Assembly: GCA_973895155.1 (NCBI GenBank)
Contig: OZ316895.1
Coordinates: forward strand, 13,255,186 to 13,319,185
DNA from: Marsupella aquatica
Taxonomy: Eukaryota > Plantae > Marchantiophyta
Reading direction: 5' to 3'
Length of the DNA: 64,000 bases
Positions within the stretch are counted from its first letter, which is position 1; each line of letters opens with the position of its first letter. The notes beneath the pieces are model-generated. The model made no database searches, had not been told where the DNA came from, and was given only the letters and a program-made list of their open reading frames with translations. Of the stretch, positions 14,990 to 26,266 are shown one piece after another. The translations under genes and the position numbers were made by a program.

Positions 14990-16160
14990 CCCTTCCATAC
15001 TCTTCGGACCCCCAGTCCCTGCAGCCCATGCACATTCCCTGTAACCAAGCCCCTTTAACCCATACTGAGTTCCTACAGCCCCGTTGTCCTTGCAATACTA
15101 TTTGTAAACGTTTTTCTCTAAAGTGGCTAATGTCACCTGGTACAATTCAAAAAGAAGATTCGAAGAAGTGCTATTTATATAAAGTTCTTAGATTAATATG
15201 TGACCATTAGATCTTCCTAGATTCACATATATATGTTGCAAGAATATGTTGAGGAGAGTAACAGATATCAAGGAGAGGCAAAGATGGCTAGGTGGGAAAA
15301 TAATTAAACCAAAAAAAAAACTGACTAATTTTAACCCAAAATGGCTATTACATTTTCAGTGGGGTTGCAGACTGGCAATTTCACAGCAGCTGATCCAAAA
15401 AAAATGGGGAAGGGCAACTTTGAGATGCCCTGTTGCAACATCTGCCGGGAAAATTAAATCATGGGGTTTGGGAAACCGCCCATGGGTTGACTCAACATCT
15501 GTAGGGCACCAACACGTTTGTGCAGACCAGTTTTCAGTGTGGACACCATTGTTATGACCATACAAGTTAGTGACAAAAGTTCCCATGACCCACGCCCTTG
15601 CCCAAGCCATAGCATTCTGGGTGCAGAAAGACACCGGGGAAGGGCTACTTGGAGATGTCCTAGTGCAACCCAAAAACTTCCTGAAAACCTCCTGCTTGCC
15701 TCTTGCCCTCCTTCTGCAGGACACAAGGAAGCCTCTAGGATGCCAAGACAATGCTGCAAAGTGGTCACCAGAAGAAGGAAAAGGAGTGTATTTTTAAGTG
15801 CAAATGAAAAAAAATTAAGTGCAAGATCTGCCAAATTCCACCCCACTAGAAAATACGAGCCACTGTTTGCAAAAACTAGCAAGTTTTTCTTTCACCCTCC
15901 CACCTAGCCACATACCCATTTGCCAGATCTAATGGTAGTAAATTAATCTAACAAGAATATACAAGAAATATTTTAAGAATCGTTACTTTGCCAGGTGACA
16001 TTGGCCCTATGGTAGAAAAGGAAAAACCTTCAAAAATAGGCTGGTAGGGAGACCAGGATTGTATCGTACCAGGCTGGTCGACCATGGAGCATTGCAGGGT
16101 CTGAAGGGACCGGGGTTACAGGGGATGTGCAAGGGCTACAAGAACCGGGGAAGGGGGAGT
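14990..16160. mobile_element. Foldback-type non-autonomous element with long (~350-400 bp) imperfect inverted arms
   Basis: Collinear nested inverted matches: gcagcccatgcacattccctgtaacc (~15021) with ggttacaggggatgtgcaagggctac (~16114); ggctaatgtcacctgg (~15125) with ccaggtgacattggcc (~15991); accattagatct (~15203) with agatctaatggt (~15925); tggctaggtggga (~15284) with tcccacctagcca (~15898). Confidence 0.7.
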
Positions 16161-16732
16161 CCTTTTCAAACGAAAAGGCCTCCTAAGGAGTTTTCTTCCT
16201 GGACGGGGCGCATCAAGTCTTTTTCTCGCTAAAAGTAGTATTCTGCCAACTGACAAAAAGCACCAAGTCAAGAGACAAGATCCGAAAGGCAAGACCCGAA
16301 ATAAAGGAGTGTCCTCCGTATTGCTTTAGTTCGTTTGCCATCGTAGGGGATCCTTTGGCTTTTTGTTCTTTTGGCGGTTTGTCCCTTATTTTCTGCACTT
16401 TATTTGGTCTCTTCCACTTTTGGTGTGTCTAATTATTTGGCTCTTTGATTTTTTGTTCTTTTGGACGTTTGTTCATTGTTTTCTCCCTGTTTTTTTTAGG
16501 TTTACACTTGCTTTTCTTTTTTCTGGTTAGGGGTTTGTTCTCTTTTGGAACCCTTTCTCTTTCCTTTCATTGTACTTTGTTTTTCTCTGATTTATAAATT
16601 GCGCTTTTGTACCTTTATTTAATAAGGGCGCATCAGAATTTATTGGGTCTCTCACTCTCTTTCCTTTAGGATCTTTCTCCAGTCTAGAGAAGTTTATTCT
16701 TTGCCAATCTGGTGTATATTGTATTAGCCTAA

Positions 16733-16775
16733 TGTGATGGACAAATGATAATCACCATATATAGAATGTGAAATG
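16733..16775 (-). repeat. Copia 3' LTR, distal part (split by the gypsy-like insertion)
   Basis: tgtgatggacaaatgataatcaccatatatagaatgtgaaatg matches 35559-35601 with 2 substitutions. Confidence 0.92.
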
Positions 16776-17088
16776 TGTCGTGCGCATACACATCGCTACA
16801 CAACATACATCGCTTGTCACATACATCCACACATAGTCACACTGCCACATCACAAATACAAGAGAATGGAATACAAGTGGAACTCATGTCCACACATGTC
16901 CAAAACCCACAATCGCCCCCCTAGCTGGGAGTAAGGTCCCCTTACTCTAGCTAGCCATGAGTTTTACAAGGTTGATATACACCTTTTAGGTGTGAAGATC
17001 AGGAGGCCGGGTGCAAGTGAGCCCCATCGATCACCTACCTGCAATCCATATCTGCCAAGAGAACACAAATGATAACTAGTCGACTTCA

Positions 17089-17227
17089 CCGACACTGAGG
17101 ACACAACCATGATCCACTAGGAATCACCTGCAATGGTGGTGTCAAACATGACATGTGCCATCCTCTAGAACACTTATCACAAATCAACATAGTAGCTGCT
17201 CCCTGAGCAGATCCACACAACATACAT
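17089..17227 (-). other. PHD finger at the integrase C-terminus
   Basis: C4HC3 pattern CMLC..MLICDKCSRGWHMSCLTPPLQVIPSGSWLCPQC, directly before the stop. Confidence 0.92.
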
Positions 17228-20200
17228 TTCAAGCCAGCATGAACATGTGCCAAGCTTGGATCTACTGTACCATCAATGTCGGGAAGGTGACATGGTGCAC
17301 AGTTATGCACATGATCCTTCCAAACCATACCATCGCGTCCCTCCAACATCAGGACACCAGAAGGCAACACTTCACGCACACGTAAGATTGTCCGGCCTGC
17401 GGTCACATCAAGTGTTGTGGGTGCTGTCTGCTGCAAATAAACATAATCACCAGGATGAAATCGTCGAATGCTTGCACGGTAACCTCCTCCACGAATAGTG
17501 GCATACCTCAAAGTATCACGATGTTGGGCAATGGCAAGGTTGTCAAAAGCCATGGGCATCACTCTCTGAAATACTCGTGCTCTCTTAGAACACACCTTGA
17601 CCCAAACATTAGGATCATCCAAGTTCACAACTGGTGCAGCATCACGACGAACAGCTGCTGGCAAATCTGGCTCTCTATCATAGAGCAAAAAGTAAGGTGA
17701 GAAGGATGCAAGTGATGCTTGCCGACTGAAACGGTAGCCCATAGCTAACCAAGGTAGTTGGAGATCCCAATCTCCCAGATGACCAACCTGCAAGCCATAC
17801 TTACGCAATCCTCTCTTCACAGTTTGCACAACTCTCTCAACTAATCCATCTACCTCAGGATGATCATGAGAGGTAGTACGATGATCAATCAGAGCTTGCT
17901 CACACAAACTCTCAAACTCTCCACGGAACTCAGTTCCCTGATCAGTCAACACCTCAGCTGGTGCTCCAAAATGACTGAGTACACGATCCAAAAATGTAGC
18001 AGCAACTCCTCCACTTGCTTTATCTGGCAACGCCACTAGCTCAATCCACTTGGAGAAGTGCTCCACCATGACCAAAACATACCGATTATGACGTTGGGTA
18101 AGAGGTAATGGACCAGCAAAATCCAAACTCCAACGATATCCCAAACCCATGATCGGCAACGGGTACAACTGGGGAGTGGGAGCATTAAATGATGCTCTCA
18201 CTCTATCACATACCACACACTTAGCTATCAACTGTTGGACATGAGTGTGCATACCACACCACCAATATTGTGTCTGCAGCAAGCTGTAAGTGCGCTTCAC
18301 ACCAAAGTGACCCAACTCCTCGTGTGCATGTCGCACCAAATGTACTCGTTGTGATGGTTTTGATACCACCAACACCCTACCATCATGCAGTACTCTCAAA
18401 AGATGGTTTCCCTCCCATCGAAACCTCTTGGCTCTCTGTAGAACCCTGTCACGATCTTTGGCATCAACACTATCAACAATAGAACCACTGCGCAGATATT
18501 CCAACACTCTCACATCATTGTGAATATCTTGCTGTCCAGAAGTTACCTCACCAACATCCACATCTGAAGACTCATCATCCACTCCATCCAATGAGGTAGA
18601 GTCCACAGATCCACTGTATGCTGGCACCCAACAAAGAAAGGCAGATGCATGCCATCCTGACACCATCTCCTTATCTGACTCATCATGCCATCTGGCTCCA
18701 GTTTCATCCTGCTGACTGGTACATGGATTGCGGCTTAATCCATCTGCATCCAAGTTCACTTTTCCAGGCCTATGCACCACCTGGAAATCATACTCCTGTA
18801 ACAACAATGCCCATCGTGCAAACTTCCCTGTAAGCTTGTCAGACTCCATTAACCACTTAAGAGGCTGATGATCAGTGATCAAGGTGAAGGGGTTACCAAA
18901 CAAGTAGCAACAAAAATGTGCAACAGCCCACACTGCTGCCAAACACTCTCCCTCATAAGAGCTATACTTAGCCTCTGTTGAATTGTTTGATCTATTGGCA
19001 TAAGCCACAACAAACTTATTCCCCTCATCATCCTTCTGAGTCAGCACTGCTCCAAGTCCTACTCCACTCCAATCAGTGTGTAGCTGAAATGGTCTGCCTG
19101 AAATGGATCTTCTCAAAATAGGGGATGATGCCAATCTTTGCTTCAACTCCTGAAAGGCATGCTCTTGGTCATCACCCCAAATCCATTCCTGATCCAACTT
19201 AGTGAGTATGGTCAAAGGTTTAGCAAGCTGGCTAAATCCTTTAACATACCTCCTGTAGTAGCTCGCCAATCCCAAGAATGCACGAACTCTACTCACATCA
19301 GTAGGACAAGGAATTTGTGTAATGGCCTCCACTTTAGTCTGTTGTACACCCAATCCCCCTGGGTATATAGTGTGGCCCAAATACTCAATCTGGTCTTGGA
19401 AGAACTTACACTTGCTAGGATGGAGCTTCAACCCATGTGCTCTCAATCTCTCCAACACAATCTGCAAGTGTTGCTGATGTTCTTCCATAGTAGAAGAATA
19501 GACCAAAATATCATCAATATAACATCTGACAAAATCCAAACCTGCAAGGATTTGATCCATGACTCTCTGGAACTCAGGTGGTGCATTCTTCTACCCAAAT
19601 GGTAAGAATAACCACTGATACAAACGATCTTTGCCATAACAATCAATCCCCCAGAATGTTGTCTTGGACTTGTCAACATGCCTAATTGGAAGCTGATGGT
19701 ACCCTGCCCTCAGATCCAATGAACTGAAAACCTTTGCATGCCCCACAGCATCAAAGATCTCCTCAGGTGTGGGCATGGCATATCTATCAGATTTTGTCTA
19801 GCGATTAATGGGTCTGTAATCACCACACATGCGCCTATCTATGTAATTGCCATGCACATCCTTCTTGGCTGACATCACTGTGGCAGATGCATACTCCCCA
19901 TATGAAATCTCCACCAATCCAGCCTCCAACAAATCTTGAGTTCTGCTTTGAATTAGAGCTCTCTCCATGTCACTATAACGGTATGGTCTATGAAAGATTG
20001 GCGCATCACTAGCCAATTCAATCTGAATACCAGGACCCTTTAATGTCCCCAAATCCTTCATGCTAAATGCAAAATAATTCCAGTAACTCTTCAGGAATCG
20101 ATGCATGCGATGTCTCTCCTCCCCTGTCAACTTAGGGCCAAGCTGTGGTTCCCAACTCTCCACCAAATCCCTAATATCTCTTTGTAGGGTAGAAGAGATA

Positions 20201-20404
20201 GTCGATGATTGCTATTTAGTAGTAGATTGAGCAGTCCCTTCTTGCTCAACAATGTGTCCAGCCTTGGCCAATCCTGCCATAGGTCTATGGACTATCTGCT
20301 CGTCCCCAGCTGTGGTCAGTACTGTCTCAATGGACCGCAAGCTCACCAAGTGACAATCAGTAATTCCAGCAGAGCGCATCTGCAACTGTTCAGCTACTCC
20401 CAAG

Positions 20405-21348
20405 CTGATAATCAAAGTCAAACAATTCAGATCCATTGCTTGACCAAGAACCTGGCGCTGCAAACCCTCTGACACAGAGGCAACTGCAGTGGTGCCAGTC
20501 AAAAATCCCATAGCACGCTCTCTCTCATCAGCAGTAGGTTCCACTAACTGCTGGAGAGCTGTGTCCCACACAAGTCCAGGGCCACCTACTCTGAATGCAT
20601 ATGAAGCAGAGTGGCTTACAAGAGTGGGTAATGCACAACGTGGGCGCCCAACTGCATTGACCATTGCCAATGGAGGTCTATCAGGTTGGGTCACACCCTG
20701 TGCACGACGCCCTAGATCCAAAATAGCATCCACCACTAAGGCGGGTGAGTATGGAATGCTATCAAATGCGCGCTTCAGCACCTCACATGGGATCAAATTA
20801 CTCCACCACAAGCGTGGATGATGTGCACGAGAACCCACACGTGCAGCATCCAATAACACAGCAGGTCCAATCCAAGACCTCACCTGGTGAACACTGGCAA
20901 CAATCCGACTACGATCATCACCTAACAATGGCACATTCTCCAAAATGTATGCTGGAGACTGTGTCTGATGTAGCTGGAGATGACACAGCACCCGTAACAT
21001 CTCCCAAAATAATGCAGAGCGTGGATCATGAAGTCCATGCCCAACGCCAGCTCTAGATTGGCCCTGACATGGCCAACCAGCAATCACCAAATCAATGGGG
21101 CCAACACGATGCAGATGATCCGCCCCCAACAATGAAATATCAGTAGGTAATGCATGCTGATAACCACGAACAGCATCCACTGGCAGCAACTGTGGATATC
21201 TATCCACCAACATAGCCACATGTTGCAATGAGACCCTCCGTGCTGTCTCATCTATCTCCACATACAAATAACGACGCACAGGAATTTCTGCCTGAATAAC
21301 AGCAGCCAATCCAGTGCTAATCCCACCAAAAAGATCCAACAAACAAAT
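20405..21348 (-). CDS. DNMT3-like C5-cytosine DNA methyltransferase domain within the gypsy polyprotein (in ORF 20212-21477)
   Basis: Motifs in canonical order: I LDLFGGISTG, II YVEID, IV GPIDLVIAGWPCQ, LFWEMLRVL, VI ILENV, VIII LLDAARVGSRAHHPRLWWSNL, IX ERERAMGF, X RQVLGQAMD. These parallel DNMT3 (LSLFDGIATG, GPFDLVIGGSPC, LFENV, IDAKEVSAAHRARYFWGNL, EMERVFGF, RQRLLGRSW). Confidence 0.9.
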
Positions 21349-24300
21349 ACCCTTCGGTGGATACTGCCAAGCAATAGGAGTGGTATCCAATGGTGAAAGA
21401 GTCACAGGTCCATCTGCAAGAGACTGTTCTGCTCCCGAATGTGATGTAAAAGCATGACGCCACGCATCATGTCCCAATCGTGCTGCTGCCTATGGCAAGG
21501 CCTCTGCAGTGCCCCACACTAGTGGCACAACACTACCAACAGGTAATCCTCGCATGATGTGTTCCTCATGAGACTCCTCCAATGGTGGAACATCTGCTGC
21601 ATGCGCATTACCCTCAATCAAATCATCAAGTCCAGCAATTAGACCATTGAATGCTGCCAAAGACAATGGTGTGGATTTAGGACCTCCTGGCACAGGTCCA
21701 CTAAATCTCACTGGCAATTTGCTCAATCGAGCATCTCCTGACTGCCAATCAGGTCTATATGACACTGATTCCTCCCAAAAATCAAGAATAAATCCCATGG
21801 GGTAGAGCACTGTACATCCCACCAACACATCATATGACTCTGTCTTAGTCAAAATAGCTCGTGCCTATATCTGTGAGCTATCTGTGGTATGACCTTCCTG
21901 AATCCTCAAATCAAGAGGTCTCCTGGTGATGTGCTGTGTAGGTGTAGGTCCCCCCAATGAAGTCTGAATGGGAAAGGGAAAATCCTCCAAATCCTCTAGA
22001 CGCAATCCCAATCCACGTATGGCAGAATTTCCCAACATCAAGGGTTGAGCACCAGTATCCAGTAACACCCTCTCTGGCTGGTATACTGTTCCAGAAGGCC
22101 CAACTAATCAGAAGATACCACTCCGATTATCCAATGATACAACATTAGGTTTAAACCTAGTCCTCTTGAATGCAGGGCGTGCTGGTAAATTCACCAACCT
22201 CGCTGCTGCTGCATGCCATGTCTCACTAGTAGCAGTAGGTGGCATGGTCTTCACTACTTCAACACTGCAAGCTGCTTCTGCATGGGAAGCAACCACTGGA
22301 GTGTCCTCATAGAGTGTAGCTGCCAATCTGAACACTTCTGCAGGACCAACTCCCAAGTTCAGCATGTCTGTCGCTGAAAATAATGGGGCGCGTACCATGG
22401 TAGTAGCCGCCCCTAGCAAGATACTTGTCATCCCTACTGCATCACTCCTTGATTCTGCCAACTTACCCATGCCAAGGTTTGTCCGAACCGGGTTCATATA
22501 GGTAGTCTGAACTGTCTCTGACAATGTAAAAGACTAAGGAAGCTTTGTCTACCGACGTGCATCCCCCCTCTATGGATCTAACTCCACTACTGCTCCTTGT
22601 GGCTCAAGAGCTTTGGCTGCTCCACATGTCAAAACTGCTGATGCATCAATATGTGCAGTGCCACACATGAATCCCATGGTGGCAAGGTCTCCATCAGCTC
22701 CATAAGATGTGGAAGGACCATGGGATGTGGAAGGTCCATAGGATGTAGATGCCCCATCACCAGAAGTAGGTCTCACCTGGGAACTAGCCATGGCAGCTAG
22801 CTGTTGCTCCAATTGAGCAATCTTAGCATCCTTTGGATCTATGGTTACAGCAGGGGCAGCGTCACCTCCCTGTCTCCCTGCATGTGGCATGCCACGACCA
22901 CGTCCACCACCTCTACCTCCTCCTCCTCTTCCCTGATCATGTGTACGGGATACTCCCCTCCGTAACTCAGGGTGGAGTGAGAAACACCTATCTTTGGTGT
23001 GGCCAGGAGCTCCACAATGATCACATTGTCGCTGATCAGGCGCTGATGCTCCCCCTGATCCTCTATGATCTGGGCAATATCTCTGTGCATGATCCCCACC
23101 ATAGGTCCAACATCCTGATTGATGTCCAGCATAAGAGGGCACAGGTCTCTGGCTGGTAGACTCTTGTGTAGTAGGCTTCTCCCTCTGGCTCTTCTGTGTA
23201 GTAGGCTGTGGTGTGGGTGTAGATGCAGCCTTTGGTGCTTCCTTGGCAAATTCGGAAGTCACCACCTTCTCATTCACCATATTGAGCTCAATGCGCTAAG
23301 AAAGTGTAAAAACAAATGCTAATGTAGGATCTGCATCCCTAAGCAGGGTGACATCTCTCACTCTGCATCGCAATTCTCTATCCAGGATTGCGTATCAAAA
23401 CTGGACTGCCTAAGCCTCTGTCACTCCCTTGGTGACAGTGATTAATCTGCGCATACGAGTGTATGCCTCACGTAGACTCTCTCCAGTCTTGCGCTAAAAC
23501 TCCTGGAGACCCTTCAACTTATCAGTTCTCACACCCTGATAGTTCTGCTTCAGTACCTCAAAGAATTCCACCACATGATTAAATGCTGGCGCAACTCCAG
23601 TCACTGTCACAATCACACCGGCAGGAGTAGCGGTGGATGCTGCTGGAGTGCTGCTGGTGGATGGTGTGCCACTCTGGCTAGTGCTGCTAGACGAAGCAAC
23701 AGTTGTGGCAATGTGTTGGGCAGCCACACTAGTGCCATAGGTGATGGACAAATAATTAGGCGACCAATGCTACCTCCATGCCTCAATCTCAACCAAATGA
23801 GCCTTCCAAAACTCATGGTAGTCATCCATGGGTGGCCCCTCCAAATGCTGAAATGATCCCTTCCATGCCATGAAAGGGGTAAACAACGTGGCGTTACGCA
23901 ATGTCTGCATATCGCACCACGTATCAAACTCCTAGATGAAATCATCCAGATCAATCGTGTCAACTGCACCAGAGTATCATCGTGGGCCCTTTGTAGCCCC
24001 GTACATCTCTTCCATATCCCACAACAAAGGTGCAATCGCCTGATGACAAGGAGAACTGCTCACAGAGTCCTCGTCAAAATCAGTGTCTGAAGCTATGCTG
24101 TTGACTGCTAAAAAAGTCGTTGGCCGAAACTGCGCCCCACTCCGAGTGAAACCGGTCCGTCGTCCATCGGGTAACCCAACAGCACCAGAAGAATCCGTGG
24201 TGACCAACCTAACCTAATCTATATGCTAACCCTAAGGGCAATCTGTCCCTATCAGCAACACAAGCACTCACCATGGTGTGTTGGGCATCACTCCAACATC

Positions 24301-25893
24301 ACCAGGAGAGAAATACGTAGCACAACTAGAATGTCCGATTGCAAACCCGGATCACTCCTATAGAATCAAGCGCCCACGCCAAACTAACATGGCGCATAAA
24401 CAGGAAGCATATGTGGAGAGGATCCAATCAACAAGAAGAGATCCACAATAACTCTCCACATCAATAGTGATCATACATCAATCAAACAATGTTCATAATG
24501 TTCAATGTGGGGCCTTCATAATAGGCCTCTCAATGTTCAATGTTGTAGCTAAGGATCCATGCACAATTGATTCAATCCATGCATCTAGATGGATTTAGAA
24601 GCATCAAAAACCTTAAGGGAGCTTATGATTTGCCCCAAAATGGCAATCTAAACAAACTAATATGTGTATAAAATGCCTAAGTGCTCATTCCATTAACATC
24701 AAAGTGGAAAGGAGTGTGTGTACACAAGAGCACTTAAGAACCACATAGTTAAGCGCGTGGGGAAGGAATAGCTTTGGGATGGGTGACCTCTCACTTGTAG
24801 TTATGCACCAAATTGACCGCTCCAAAATCAGCAGCTTACAACTACTCCTCACGTACCAGCAAGGGCTTGCTGGCCCGCCCGCTCCTGCTCCGCCCTCACG
24901 CCCCTCGTCCCGAGTAACCACGAGTTGCCTTGAAGCTTTCTTCACGAAAATGCAGTGTCGACTACGAGCGACCCTTCATGTCGTCGCTATGCGATCCGGT
25001 GATATCTATCCGTCATCCCTAGCTGACGGCTGCTTACGGATCAGAGGTCGGAAAAGTAGCAACTTTCGATGCTACTTCCTTCACAAAAATGCGGGTTTCA
25101 CACCACACACGTCGGATGTCAAAAACACAACATTCGGGATCTCTTCGTTCACATAACAGAGCGCGTGTGCAAGCGCCGGCTTGCAGCAAACAACCCCGAT
25201 GCAATCTCGCAACTTTGAGAGTCAAGTTCCTTCAGAAAATAGTCGATCAACACATTACAGGTTGCGGAGCGTATGGCGAGAGCAAACAGTTGCCAAGCTA
25301 ACAATTTCTTCTCAACTGTGGCTCGTAGAACTCCCGATCTGTCCTTTGATGATTCGATCAAACGGTAGCACAGATCAGATACAAACTTCTCAACATCGAC
25401 TATAGCAAATCAAAATACCGGCGATCAACTCCACAATCTGAGGTACCATGGATCACAACAACAGCTCCAATCGATTCGATCTACCACAAATCGTCAATGA
25501 TAAACTCAGACTCTGAGCTTCTGTCCGCACAACAGAGTTTGAAGCTCCTGATCTTTCAATATAATCTCCATACAATCGGCACAATGATCCCGGTCAACAA
25601 TACCCCATCGATCCCGCATCGATCCAATCACACACGTATATTAAGCCAATGCACCTTGCACTACTCAAGGAATCCACGTTACACAAGCGGAGCTCACGGC
25701 CACCATAGCCACTCAAGCTCCTCTCTCTCCAAGGCTCAACATTGAAAGATGACCTTTCAATGCCTCACAAGTGACAAGTACCCTCTCACACAAACCTGAC
25801 GGAACCTTATCGGCTCATATAGCACACATACCAAACATACGAATCTAGATAGTACGATACACTCTAACACTACCTAGAATGGTGTGACAAATG

Positions 25894-25954
25894 TCATGAT
25901 ACATATAGATGTGCCGGGTGACCGGTTGGTCCAGTCAACAGGTGGAGTCTAACA
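25894..25954 (-). repeat. Copia 3' LTR, proximal part, preceded on the minus strand by the PPT (25955-25962)
   Basis: tcatgatacatatagatgtgccgggtgaccggttggtccagtcaacaggtggagtctaaca matches 35602-35675 apart from 1 substitution and a 13-bp duplication. Adjacent ctccccct is AGGGGGAG on the minus strand. Confidence 0.92.
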
Positions 25955-26266
25955 CTCCCCCTTGTCTATATAGTGACAATTATGTAGACAACATAGACTA
26001 GGCCTATCATACCATGCTAATAGAGTATACATGATATGAGTACAAGCGAGGTAGACTGCCTCGTTAAAAAACCTTTATCAACTCTAGCTAAATAAAAACT
26101 TTACCGGTGTAGCAGAGAAAAAGTTTGAGTGCTAAAGGAAAAAGAGTGCAGCCTAACAATCCTCGTCGTAAGAAATGTCAATACTAAATAAAATCAGATG
26201 CTATAGTAAATCTAGCTTCAACATCTGTCTCAACAGTAAGTCGTCAGTATCATGTCAGCAGTAGTA

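Larger units (their letters stand above)
17086..24207 (-). pseudogene. Single-frame polyprotein Gag-PR-DNMT-RT-RNaseH-INT-PHD (~2370 codons) interrupted by in-frame stops
   Basis: ORFs starting at 24207, 23751, 23280, 22524, 22068, 21852, 21477, 20166, 19776 and 19560 all share one frame. Zn knuckle CDHCGAPGHTKDRC; protease LLDTGA; RT RMCGDYRPIN, LDLRAGYHQ, YIDDIL; RNase H LHTDWS, YEGECLA; integrase HEELGH..CVVC, SLDFAGP, TDQGTEF, VERVVQTVK. Confidence 0.9.
16776..25889 (-). mobile_element. Ty3/gypsy-like retroelement encoding a DNMT3-like methyltransferase and a PHD finger; no LTR pair detected
   Basis: Ends TGTC...GACA. AATG duplicated at 16772-16775 and 25890-25893; removing the element restores the copia LTR. 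Gypsy domain order PR-RT-RH-INT. Confidence 0.9.

Noticed and set aside
20212-21477. Stand-alone host DNMT3 gene or bacterial restriction-modification methylase
   Set aside because: Intronless, in frame with the flanking protease and RT fragments, inside TSD-bounded termini, with no partner nuclease.
16733-25954. Treating the tgtgatgg.../...gtctaaca segments as LTRs of the gypsy element
   Set aside because: They are two halves of one copia LTR matching 35559-35675, not repeats of each other.
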